Source: Utricularia gibba
Lineage: Eukaryota; Plantae; Magnoliophyta
Assembly: GCA_002189035.1 (NCBI GenBank)
Contig: NEEC01000432.1
Coordinates: forward strand, 1-23,601
Direction of reading: 5' to 3'
Length of the DNA stretch: 23,601 nt
Of this stretch, positions 13,159-23,601 are shown piece by piece; positions within the stretch are counted from its first letter, which is position 1; each line of letters begins with the position of its first letter. Position numbers and translations under genes: made by a program. Under the pieces are notes generated by a model, which ran no database searches, was not told where the DNA came from, and was given only the letters and a program-made list of their open reading frames with translations.

Positions 13159-16100
13159 CTTGAACGGGACAAAGGTAAGGTTTGGCTTGCGCCGAGAGTT
13201 AGTTGTAGCCCGCAAATAAAGTGATGTATTTATTATCGTTCGGTTTTCGGGGGCTGCCTACATGGTTTTTCAAGGAACCGCTTCTCGTTTTGTGGCGGCC
13301 AGTCTCGCTGGGAACTTGGTCCTTGACCCCGATTCTGTATGGCTCATGAGGTCAACCGGATGCAAATCGATTAAAAAAAATGATGCATTTGTTTAAATTG
13401 CGATATCACGTGCACCCCACATGATTTTTTCAACAACTTACTTTATACTTGAGGAGGCGGTCTTGGGGTGCACTTGGAACGGGACAAAGGTAAGGTTTGG
13501 CTTGCGCGAGAGTTAGTTGTAGCCCGGCAAATAAAGTGATTGTATTATCGTTCGGTTTTCGGGCTGCCTACATGGTTTCAAGGAACCGCTTCTCGTTTTG
13601 TGGCGCCAGTCTCGCTGGGAACTTGGTCCTTGACCCCGATTCTGTATGGCTCATGAGGTCAACCGGATGCAAATCGATTAAAAAAAATGATGCATTTGTT
13701 TAAATTGCGATATCACGTGCACCCCACATGATTTTTTCAACAACTTACTTTATACTTGGGAGGCGGTCTTGGGGTGCACCTTGAACGGGACAAAGGTAAG
13801 GTTTGGCTTGCGCCGAGAGTTAGTTGTAGCCCGACAAATAAAGTGATGTATTTATTATCGTTCGGTTTTCGGGGCTGCCTACATGGTTTTTCAAGGAACC
13901 GCTTCTCGTTTTGTGGCGGCCAGTCTCGCTGGGAACTTGGTCCTTGACCCCGATTCTGTATGGCTCATGAGGTCAACCGGATGCAAATCGATTAAAAAAA
14001 ATGATGCATTTGTTTAAATTGCGATATCACGTGCACCCCACATGATTTTTTTCAACAACTTACTTTATACTTGGGAGGCGGTCTTGGGTGCACCTGGAAG
14101 GACAAAGGTAAGGTTTGGCTTGCCGAGAGTTAGTTGTAGCCCGCAAATAAAGTGATGTATTTATTATCGTTCGGTTTTCGGGGGCTGCCTACATGGTTTT
14201 TCAAGGAACCGCTTCTCGTTTTGTGGCGGCCAGTCTCGCTGGGAACTTGGTCCTTGACCCCGATTCTGTATGGCTCATGAGGTCAACCGGATGCAAATCG
14301 ATTAAAAAAAATGATGCATTTGTTTAAATTGCGATATCACGTGCACCCCACATGATTTTTTCAACAACTTACTTTATACTTGGAGGCGGTCTTGGGGTGC
14401 ACCTGGAACGGGACAAAGGTAAGGTTTGGCTTGCGCGAGAGTTAGTTGTAGCCCCACAAATAAAGTGATGTATTTATTATCGTTCGGTTTTCGGGGGCTG
14501 CCTACATGGTTTTTCAAGGAACCGCTTCTCGTTTTGTGGCGCCAGTCTCGCTGGAACTTGGTCCTTGACCCCGATTCTGTATGGCTCATGAGGTCAACCG
14601 GATGCAAATCGATTAAAAAAAATGATGCATTTGTTTAAATTGCGATATCACGTGCACCCCACATGATTTTTTCAACAACTTACTTTATACTTGAGGAGGC
14701 GGTCTTGGGGCACCTGGAACGGGACAAAGGTAAGGTTTGGCTTGCGCCGAGAGTTAGTTGTAGCCCGGCAAATAAAGTGATGTATTTTATATCGTTCGGT
14801 TTTCGGGGCTGCCTACATGGTTTTTCAAGGAACCGCTTCTCGTTTTGTGGCGGCCAGTCTCGCTGGGAACTTGGTCCTTGACCCGATTCTGTATGGCTCA
14901 TGAGGTCAACGGATGCAAATCGATTAAAAAAAATGATGCATTTGTTTAAATTGCGATATCACGTGCACCCCACATGATTTTTTCAACAACTTACTTTATA
15001 CTTGGGGAGGCGGTCTTGGGGTGCACTTGAACGGGACAAAGGTAAGGTTTGGCTTGCGCCGAGAGTTAGTTTGTAGCCCGACAAATAAAGTGATGTATTT
15101 ATTATCGTTCGGTTTTCGGGGCTGCCTACATGGTTTTTCAAGGAACCGCTTCTCGTTTTGTGGCGGCCAGTCTCGCTGGGAACTTGGTCCTTGACCCCGA
15201 TTCTGTATGGCTCATGAGGTCAACCGGATGCAAATCGATTAAAAAAAATGATGCATTTGTTTAAATTGCGATATCACGTGCACCCCACATGATTTTTTCA
15301 ACAACTTACTTTATACTTGAGAGGCGGGGTGCACTGGAACGGGACAAAGGTAAGGTTTGGCTTGCAGAGTTAGTTGTAGCCCGGCAAATAAAGTGATGTA
15401 TTTTTTTATCGTTCGGTTTTCGGGGGCTGCCTACATGGTTTTTCAAGGAACCGCTTCTCGTTTTGTGGCGGCCAGTCTCGCTGGGAACTTGGTCCTTGAC
15501 CCCGATTCTGTATGGCTCATGAGGTCAACCGGATGCAAATCGATTAAAAAAAATGATGCATTTGTTTAAATTGCGATATCACGTGCACCCCACATGATTT
15601 TTTTCAACAACTTACTTTATACTTGAGGAGGCGGTCTTGGGGTGCACTGGAACGGGACAAAGGTAAGGTTTGGCTTGCGCGAGAGTTAGTTTAGCCCAAA
15701 TAAAGTGATGTTTATTATCGTTCGGTTTTCGGGGCTGCCTACATGGTTTTTCAAGGAACCGCTTCTCGTTTGTGGCGGCCAGTCTCTGGGAACTTGGTCC
15801 TTGACCCGATTCTGTATGGCTCATGAGGTCAACCGGATGCAAATCGATTAAAAAAAATGATGCATTTGTTTAAATTGCGATATCACGTGCACCCCACATG
15901 ATTTTTTCAACAACTTACTTTATACTTGAGGAGGCGGTCTTGGGTGCACCTGAAGGACAAAGGTAAGGTTTGGCTTGCGCGAGAGTTAGTTGTACAAATA
16001 AAGTGATGTATTTTTTATCGTTCGGTTTTCGGGGGCTGCCTACATGGTTTTTCAAGGAACCGCTTCTCGTTTTGTGGCGGCCAGTCTCGCTGGGAACTTG

Positions 16101-18457
16101 GTCCTTGACCCCGATTCTGTATGGCTCATGAGGTCAACCGGATGCAAATCGATTAAAAAAAATGATGCATTTGTTTAAATTGCGATATCACGTGCACCCC
16201 ACATGATTTTTTCAACAACTTACTTTATACTTGGGAGGCGGTCTTGGGGTGCACCTTGAACGGGACAAAGGTAAGGTTTGGCTTGCGCCGAGAGTTAGTT
16301 TTAGCCCCCAAATAAAGTGATTTTTATCGTTCGGTTTTCGGGCTACATGGTTTTTCAAGGAACCGCTTCTCGTTTTGTGGCGGCCAGTCTCGCTGGGAAC
16401 TTGGTCCTTGACCCCGATTCTGTATGGCTCATGAGGTCAACCGGATGCAAATCGATTAAAAAAAATGATGCATTTGTTTAAATTGCGATATCACGTGCAC
16501 CCCACATGATTTTTTCAACAACTTACTTTATACTTGAGGAGGCGGTCTTGGGTGCAGCTGGAACGGACAAAGGTAAGGTTTGGCTTTAGTTGTAGCAAAT
16601 AAAGTGATGTATTTATTATCGTTCGGTTTTGGGATGGTTTTTCAAGGAACCGCTTCTCGTTTTGTGGCGGCCAGTCTCGCTGGGAACTTGGTCCTTGACC
16701 CCGATTCTGTATGGCTCATGAGGTCAACCGATGCAAATCGATTAAAAAAAATGATGCATTTGTTTAAATTGCGATATCATGTGCACCCCACATGATTTTT
16801 TCAACAACTTACTTTATACTTGAGGAGGCGTCTTGGGTGCACTGAAGGACAAAGGTAAGGTTTGGCTTGCGCCGAGAGTTAGTTGTAGCCCGGCAAATAA
16901 AGTGATGTATTTATTATCGTTCGGTTTTCGGGGGCTGCCTACATGGTTTTTCAAGGAACCGCTTCTCGTTTTGTGGCGGCCAGTCTCGCTGGGAACTTGG
17001 TCCTTGACCCCGATTCTGTATGGCTCATGAGGTCAACCGGATGCAAATCGATTAAAAAAAATGATGCATTTGTTTAAATTGCGATATCACGTGCACCCCA
17101 CATGATTTTTTCAACAACTTACTTTATACTTGAGGAGGCGGTCTTGGGGTGCACCTTGAACGGGACAAAGGTAAGGTTTGGCTTGCGCCGAGAGTTAGTT
17201 GTAGCCCACAAATAAAGTGATGTATTTATTATCGTTCGGTTTTCGGGGCTGCCTACATGGTTTTTCAAGGAACCGCTTCTCGTTTTGTGGCGGCCAGTCT
17301 CGCTGGGAAATTGGTCCTTGACCCCGATTCTGTATGGCTCATGAGGTCAACCGGATGCAAATCGATTAAAAAAAATGATGCATTTGTTTAAATTGCGATA
17401 TCACGTGCACCCCACATGATTTTTTCAACAACTTACTTTATACTTGAGGAGGCGGTCTTGGGTGCACTGGAACGGGACAAAAGTAAGGTTTGGCTTGCGC
17501 GAGAGTTAGTTGTAGCCCGCAAATAAAGTGATGTATTTTTATCGTTCGGTTTTCGGGGCTGCCTACATGGTTTTTCAAGGAACCGCTTCTCGTTTGTGGC
17601 GCCAGTCTCGCTGGGAACTTGGTCCTTGACCCCGATTCTGTATGGCTCATGAGGTCAACCGGATGCAAATCGATTAAAAAAAATGATGCATTTGTTTAAA
17701 TTGCGATATCACGTGCACCCCACATGATTTTTTTCAACAACTTACTTTATACTTGAGGAGGCGGTCTTGGGTGCACCTGGAACGGGACAAAGGTAAGGTT
17801 TGGCTTGCGCCGAGAGTTAGTTGTAGCCGGCAAATAAAGTGATGTATTTATTATCGTTCGGTTTTCGGGGGCTGCCTACATGGTTTTTCAAGGAACCGCT
17901 TCTCGTTTTGTGGCGGCCAGTCTCGCTGGGAACTTGGTCCTTGACCCCGATTCTGTATGGCTCATGAGGTCAACCGGATGCAAATCGATTAAAAAAAATG
18001 ATGCATTTGTTTAAATTGCGATATCACGTGCACCCCACATGATTTTTTCAACAACTTACTTTATACTTGGGAGGCGGTCTTGGGGTGCACCTTGAACGGA
18101 CAAAGGTAAGGTTTGGCTTGCGGAGAGTTAGTTGTAGCCCGACAAATAAAGTGATGTATTTATATCGTTCGGTTTTCGGGCTGCCTACATGGTTTTCAAG
18201 GAACCGCTTCTCGTTTTGTGGCGGCCAGTCTCGCTGGGAACTTGGTCCTTGACCCCGATTCTGTATGGCTCATGAGGTCAACCGGATGCAAATCGATTTA
18301 AAAAAAATGATGCATTTGTTTAAATTGCGATATCACGTGCACCCCACATGATTTTTTCAACAACTTACTTTATACTTGAGGAGGCGGTCTTGGGTGCACT
18401 GGAACGGGACAAAGGTAAGGTTTGGCTTGCGCCCAGAGTTAGTTGTAGCCCGGCAAA

Positions 18458-18585
18458 TAAAGTGATGTATTTATTATCGTTCGGTTTTCGGGGCTGCCTA
18501 CATGGTTTTTCAAGGAACCGCTAAAGTGATGTATTTATTATCGTTCGGTTTTCGGGGCTGCCTACATGGTTTTTCAAGGAACCGC
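18458..18585 (+). repeat. Internal 64-bp direct tandem duplication within one monomer
   Basis: TAAAGTGATG...CAAGGAACCGC occurs at 18458-18521 and again at 18522-18585. The normal TTCTCG continuation resumes at 18586. Confidence 0.93.
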
Positions 18586-20959
18586 TTCTCGTTTTGTGGC
18601 GGCCAGTCTCGCTGGGAACTTGGTCCTTGACCCGATTCTGTATGGCTCATGAGGTCAACCGGATGCAATCGATTAAAAAAAATGATGCATTTGTTTAAAT
18701 TGCGATATCACGTGCACCCCACATGATTTTTTCAACAACTTACTTTATACTTGAGGAGGCGGTCTTGGGGTGCACTGAACGGGACAAAGGTAAGGTTTGG
18801 CTTGCGGAGAGTTAGTTGTAGCCCCAAATAAAGTGATGTATTTTTATCGTTCGGTTTTCGGGGGCTGCCTACATGGTTTTTCAAGGAACCGCTTCTCGTT
18901 TTGTGGCGGCCAGTCTCGCTGGGAACTTGGTCCTTGACCCCGATTCTGTATGGCTCATGAGGTCAACCGGATGCAAATCGATTAAAAAAAATGATGCATT
19001 TGTTTAAATTGCGATATCACGTGCACCCCACATGATTTTTTCAACAACTTACTTTATACTTGAGGAGGCGGTCTTGGGGTGCACCTTGAACGGGACAAAG
19101 GTAAGGTTTGGCTTGCGCCGAGAGTTAGTTGTAGCCCCATAAAGTGATGTATTTATATCGTTCGGTTTTCGGGGCTGCCTACATGGTTTTTCAAGGAACC
19201 GCTTCTCGTTTTGTGGCGGCCAGTCTCGCTGGGAACTTGGTCCTTGACCCCGATTCTGTATGGCTCATGAGGTCAACCGGATGCAAATCGATTAAAAATG
19301 ATGCATTTGTTTAAATTGCGATATCATGTGCACCCCACATGATTTTTTCAACAACTTACTTTATACTTGGGAGGCGGTCTTGGGGTGCAGCTGGAACGGG
19401 ACAAAGGTAAGGTTTGGCTTGCGCCGAGAGTTAGTTGTAGCCCGACAAATAAAGTGATGTATTTATTATCGTTCGGTTTTCGGGGCTGCCTACATGGTTT
19501 TTCAAGGAACCGCTTCTCGTTTTGTGGCGGCCAGTCTCGCTGGGAACTTGGTCCTTGACCCCGATTCTGTATGGCTCATGAGGTCAACCGGATGCAAATC
19601 GATTAAAAAAAATGATGCATTTGTTTAAATTGCGATATCACGTGCACCCCACATGATTTTTTCAACAACTTACTTTATACTTGAGGAGGCGGTCTTGGGG
19701 TGCACTGGAACGGGACAAAGGTAAGGTTTGGCTTGCGCAGAGTTAGTTGTAGCCCGACAAATAAAGTGATGTATTTATTATCGTTCGGTTTTCGGGGGCT
19801 GCCTACATGGTTTTTCAAGGAACCGCTTCTCGTTTTGTGGCGGCCAGTCTCGCTGGGAACTTGGTCCTTGACCCCGATTCTGTATGGCTCATGAGGTCAA
19901 CCGGATGCAAATCGATTAAAAAAAATGATGCATTTGTTTAAATTGCGATATCACGTGCACCCCATGATTTTTTCAACAACTTACTTTATACTTGAGGAGG
20001 CGGTCTTGGGGTGCACCTGAACGGGACAAAGGTAAGGTTTGGCTTGCGCCGAGAGTTAGTTGTAGCCCCACAATAAAGTGATGTATTTATTATCGTTCGG
20101 TTTCGGGGCTGCCTACATGGTTTTTCAAGGAACCGCTTCTCGTTTTGGGCGGCCAGTCTCGCTGGGAACTTGGTCCTTGACCCCGATTCTGTATGGCTCA
20201 TGAGGTCAACCGGATGCAAATCGATTAAAAAAAATGATGCATTTGTTTAAATTGCGATATCATGTGCACCCCACATGATTTTTTCAACAACTTACTTTAT
20301 ACTTGAGGAGGCGGTCTTGGGGTGCAGCTGGAACGGGACAAAGGTAAGGTTTGGCTTGCGCGAGAGTTAGTTGTAGCCCGGCAAATAAAGTGATGTATTT
20401 ATTATCGTTCGGTTTTCGGGGGCTGCCTACATGGTTTTTCAAGGAACCGCTTCTCGTTTTGTGGCGGCCAGTCTCGCTGGGAACTTGGTCCTTGACCCCG
20501 ATTCTGTATGGCTCATGAGGTCAACCGGATGCAAATCGATTAAAAAAAATGATGCATTTGTTTAAATTGCGATATCACGTGCACCCCACATGATTTTTTC
20601 AACAACTTACTTTATACTTGAGGAGGCGGTCTTGGGGTGCAGCTGAACGGGACAAAGGTAAGGTTTGGCTTGCGGCGAGAGTTAGTTGTAGCCCGGCAAA
20701 TAAAGTGATGTATTTTTTATCGTTCGGTTTTCGGGGCTGCCTACATGGTTTTTCAAGGAACCGCTTCTCGTTTTGTGGCGGCCAGTCTCGCTGGGAACTT
20801 GGTTTTTGACCCCGATTCTGTATGGCTCATGAGGTCAACCGATGCAAATCGATTAAAAAAAATGATGCATTTGTTTAAATTGCGATATCACGTGCACCCC
20901 ACATGATTTTTTTCAACAACTTACTTTATACTTGAGGAGGCGGTCTTGGGGTGCACCTT

Positions 20960-21272
20960 GAACGGGACAAAGGTAAGGTTTGGCTTGCGCCGAGAGTTAG
21001 TTGTAGCCCCACAAATAAAGTGATAAATTTGATATCGTTCGGTTTTCGGGACTACCTACATGGTTTTTCAAGGAACCGCTTCTCGTTTTGTGGCGGCCAG
21101 TCTCGCTGGGAATTGGTCCTTTACCCCGATTTTGTATGGCTCATGAGGTCAACCGAATGCAAATCGATTAAAAAAAATGATGCATTTGTTTAAATTGCGA
21201 TATCATGTGCACCCCACATGATTTTTTCAACAACTTACTTTATACTTGAGAGGCGGTCTTGGGGTGCAGCTG
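20960..21272 (+). repeat. Divergent variant monomer (type B), copy 1
   Basis: Diagnostic changes: GTGATAAATTTGATATC, GGGACTACCTAC, GGGAATTGG, CCTTTACCCC, GATTTTGT, CCGAATGC, CATGTG. Confidence 0.9.
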
Positions 21273-22206
21273 GAACGGGACAAAGGTAAGGTTTGGCTTG
21301 CGAGAGTTAGTTGTAGCCCGACAAATAAAGTGATGTATTTATTATCGTTCGGTTTTCGGGGCTGCCTACATGGTTTTTCAAGGAACCGCTTCTCGTTTTG
21401 TGGCGGCCAGTCTCGCTGGAACTTGGTCCTTGACCCCGATTCTGTATGGCTCATGAGGTCAACCGGATGCAAATCGATTAAAAAAAATGCATTTGTTTAA
21501 ATTGCGATATCATGTGCACCCCACATGATTTTTCAACAACTTACTTTATACTTGAGGAGGCGGTCTTGGGGTGCACTGGAACGGGACAAAGGTAAGGTTT
21601 GGCTTGCGCGAGAGTTAGTTGTAGCCCGACAAATAAAGTGATGTATTTATTATCGTTCGGTTTTCGGGGGCTGCCTACATGGTTTTTCAAGGAACCGCTT
21701 CTCGTTTTGTGGCGGCCAGTCTCGCTGGGAACTTGGTCCTTGACCCCGATTCTGTATGGCTCATGAGGTCAACCGGATGCAAATCGATTAAAAAAAATGA
21801 TGCATTTGTTTAAATTGCGATATCACGTGCACCCCACATGATTTTTTCAACAACTTACTTTATACTTGAGGAGGCGGTCTTGGGTGCACCTGAACGGGAC
21901 AAAGGTAAGGTTTGGCTTGCGCCGAGAGTTAGTTGTAGCCCGACAAATAAAGTGATGTATTTATTATCGTTCGGTTTTCGGGGGCTGCCTACATGGTTTT
22001 TCAAGGAACCGCTTCTCGTTTTGTGGCGGCCAGTCTCGCTGGGAACTTGGTCCTTGACCCCGATTCTGTATGGCTCATGAGGTCAACCGGATGCAAATCG
22101 ATTAAAAAAATGATGCATTTGTTTAAATTGCGATATGACGTGCACCCCACATGATTTTTTTCAACAACTTACTTTATACTTGGGAGGCGGTCTTGGGGTG
22201 CACCTT

Positions 22207-22517
22207 GAACGGGACAAAGGTAAGGTTTGGCTTGCGCCGAGAGTTAGTTATAGCCCCAAATAAAGTGATAAATTTGATATCGTTCGGTTTTCGGGACTAC
22301 CTACATGGTTTTTCAAGGAACCGCTTCTCGTTTTGTGGCGGCCAGTCTCGCTGGGAATTGGTCCTTTACCCCGATTTGTATGGCTCATGAGGTCAACCGA
22401 ATGCAAATCGATTAAAAAAAATGATGCATTTGTTTAAATTGCGATATCATGTGCACCCCACATGATTTTTTCAACAACTTACTTTATACTTGAGGAGGCG
22501 GTCTTGGGGTGCAGCTG
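22207..22517 (+). repeat. Divergent variant monomer (type B), copy 2
   Basis: Carries the same set of diagnostic changes as 20960-21272, plus GTTATAG at 22250. Confidence 0.9.
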
Positions 22518-23601
22518 GAACGGGACAAAGGTAAGGTTTGGCTTGCGGCGAGAGTTAGTTGTAGCCCGACAAATAAAGTGATGTATTTATTATCGTTCGG
22601 TTTTCGGGGGCTGCCTACATGGTTTTTCAAGGAACCGCTTCTCGTTTTGTGGCGGCCAGTCTCGCTGGGAACTTGGTCCTTGACCCCGATTCTGTATGGC
22701 TCATGAGGTCAACCGGATGCAAATCGATTAAAAAAAATGATGCATTTGTTTAAATTGCGATATCACGTGCACCCCACATGATTTTTCAACAACTTACTTT
22801 ATACTTGAGGAGGCGATCTTAGGGTGCACCTGAACAGGACAAAGGTAAGGTTTGGCTTGCGCCGAGAGTTAGTTGTAGCCCGACAAATAAAGTGATGTAT
22901 TTATTATCGTTCGGTTTTCGGGGCTGCCTACATGGTTTTTCAAGGAACCGCTTCTCGTTTTGTGGCGGCCAGTCTCGCTGGAACTTGGTCCTTGACCCCG
23001 ATTCTGTATGGCTCATGAGGTCAACCGGATGGAAATCGATTAAAAAAATGATGCATTTGTTTAAATTGCGATATCATGTGCACCCCACATGATTTTTTCA
23101 ACAACTTACTTTATACTTGAGGAGGCGGTCTTGGTGCAGCTGGAACGGGACAAAGGTAAGGTTTGGCTTGCGAGTTAGTTGTAGCCCGGCAAATAAAGTG
23201 ATGTATTTTTTATCGTTCGGTTTTCGGGGGCTGCCTACATGGTTTTTCAAGGAACCGCTTCTCGTTTTGTGGCTGCCAGTCTCGCTGGGAACTTGGTCCT
23301 TGACCCCGATTCTGTATGGCTCATGAGGTCAACCGGATGCAAATCGATTAAAAATGATGCATTTGTTTAAATTGCGATATCACGTGCACCCCACATGATT
23401 TTTTCAACAACTTACTTTATACTTGAGGAGGCGGTCTTGGGTGCACTGAACGGGACAAAGGTAAGGTTTGGCTTGCGCCGAGAGTTAGTTGTAGCCCGAC
23501 AAATAAAGTGATGTATTTATTATCGTTCGGTTTTCGGGGGCTGCCTACATGGTTTTTCAAGGAACCGCTTCTCGTTTTGTGGCGGCCAGTCTCGCTGGGA
23601 A

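Larger units (their letters stand above)
12847..13161 (+). repeat. Representative near-consensus monomer (315 bp), used as coordinate reference for sub-features
   Basis: GAACGGGACAAAGGTAAGG...TTGGGGTGCACCTT from one GAACGGG start (12847) to the next (13162). About 46% GC, with A8, T6, T5 and T4 tracts. Confidence 0.93.
1..23601. repeat. Tandem (satellite-like) array of ~76 head-to-tail copies of a ~315-bp monomer, running off both window ends
   Basis: Anchor GGAACCGC recurs at 79, 388, 694, 995, 1304 ... 22944, 23251, 23561 (77 occurrences counted by hand, spacing 287-315 bp apart from the copy with the 64-bp duplication). All copies have the same orientation and there is no unique sequence anywhere. 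Confidence 0.99.

Noticed and set aside
12847-13161. Hammerhead ribozyme / retrozyme
   Set aside because: No CUGANGA core on either strand of the consensus; the closest is CTCATGA. Other ribozyme classes cannot be judged by eye.
12847-13161. Intact 5S rRNA, tRNA or snRNA gene
   Set aside because: No collinear 120-nt 5S match or box C. A-box-like TGGCTCATGAGG and B-box-like words are wrongly spaced with no cloverleaf. No canonical Sm site was found.
12980-13166. Ancient ~155-160-bp dimer substructure (GGCGG...CTGG(G)AAC occurring twice per monomer)
   Set aside because: Only two short words match between the halves and the rest does not align, so it is indistinguishable from chance by eye.
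299-23326. The ~70 short ORFs in the supplied track
   Set aside because: All are translations of the same monomer opened or closed by indels. They are 61-117 aa, have no recognisable domain and no frame conservation between copies.
1-23601. Never-ending ORF in a concatemeric cDNA (DRT2/Neo-like)
   Set aside because: The near-invariant part of the monomer has stop codons in all three forward frames (e.g. GGCTCATGA, TTTGTTTAA, GGTCCTTGA) and all three reverse frames (within the complement of TCAACAACTTACTTTATACTT).
1-23601. Rolling-circle concatemer of one small circular DNA/RNA (RCA, eccDNA, viroid-like)
   Set aside because: Multi-site linked haplotypes (type B, T-class) recur in non-adjacent copies, which copying one template would not produce. 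It is not fully excluded for a multi-monomer circle.
1-23601. CRISPR array
   Set aside because: There are no unique spacers: the variable zone is the same sequence with indels. The constant part is far longer than a CRISPR repeat and no cas genes are present.

Overview
The whole 23.6-kb window is one uninterrupted head-to-tail tandem array of a ~315-bp monomer (~46% GC). By manual count of the anchor GGAACCGC there are 77 occurrences, i.e. 76 monomer intervals of 287-315 bp (mean ~308), plus one extra anchor from an internal 64-bp duplication at 18458-18585. No credible protein-coding gene, rRNA, tRNA, CRISPR array or transposase is present. All listed ORFs are re-reads of the monomer, which has stops in all six frames. 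Most copy-to-copy differences are deletions in homopolymers and in one ~130-bp hot zone, which looks like long-read (nanopore-type) error. Underneath that noise are linked substitutions shared by non-adjacent copies, a local 3-monomer periodicity and a C:G>T:A bias. These argue for a genuine, evolving genomic satellite, probably eukaryotic and possibly methylated, rather than a rolling-circle concatemer of one template. The monomer carries a 10-bp perfect inverted repeat, a second stem-loop, a cluster of 6-bp palindromes and a weak 5S-rRNA-like patch. I cannot assign it to a named satellite family, and I see no well-supported novel gene system.
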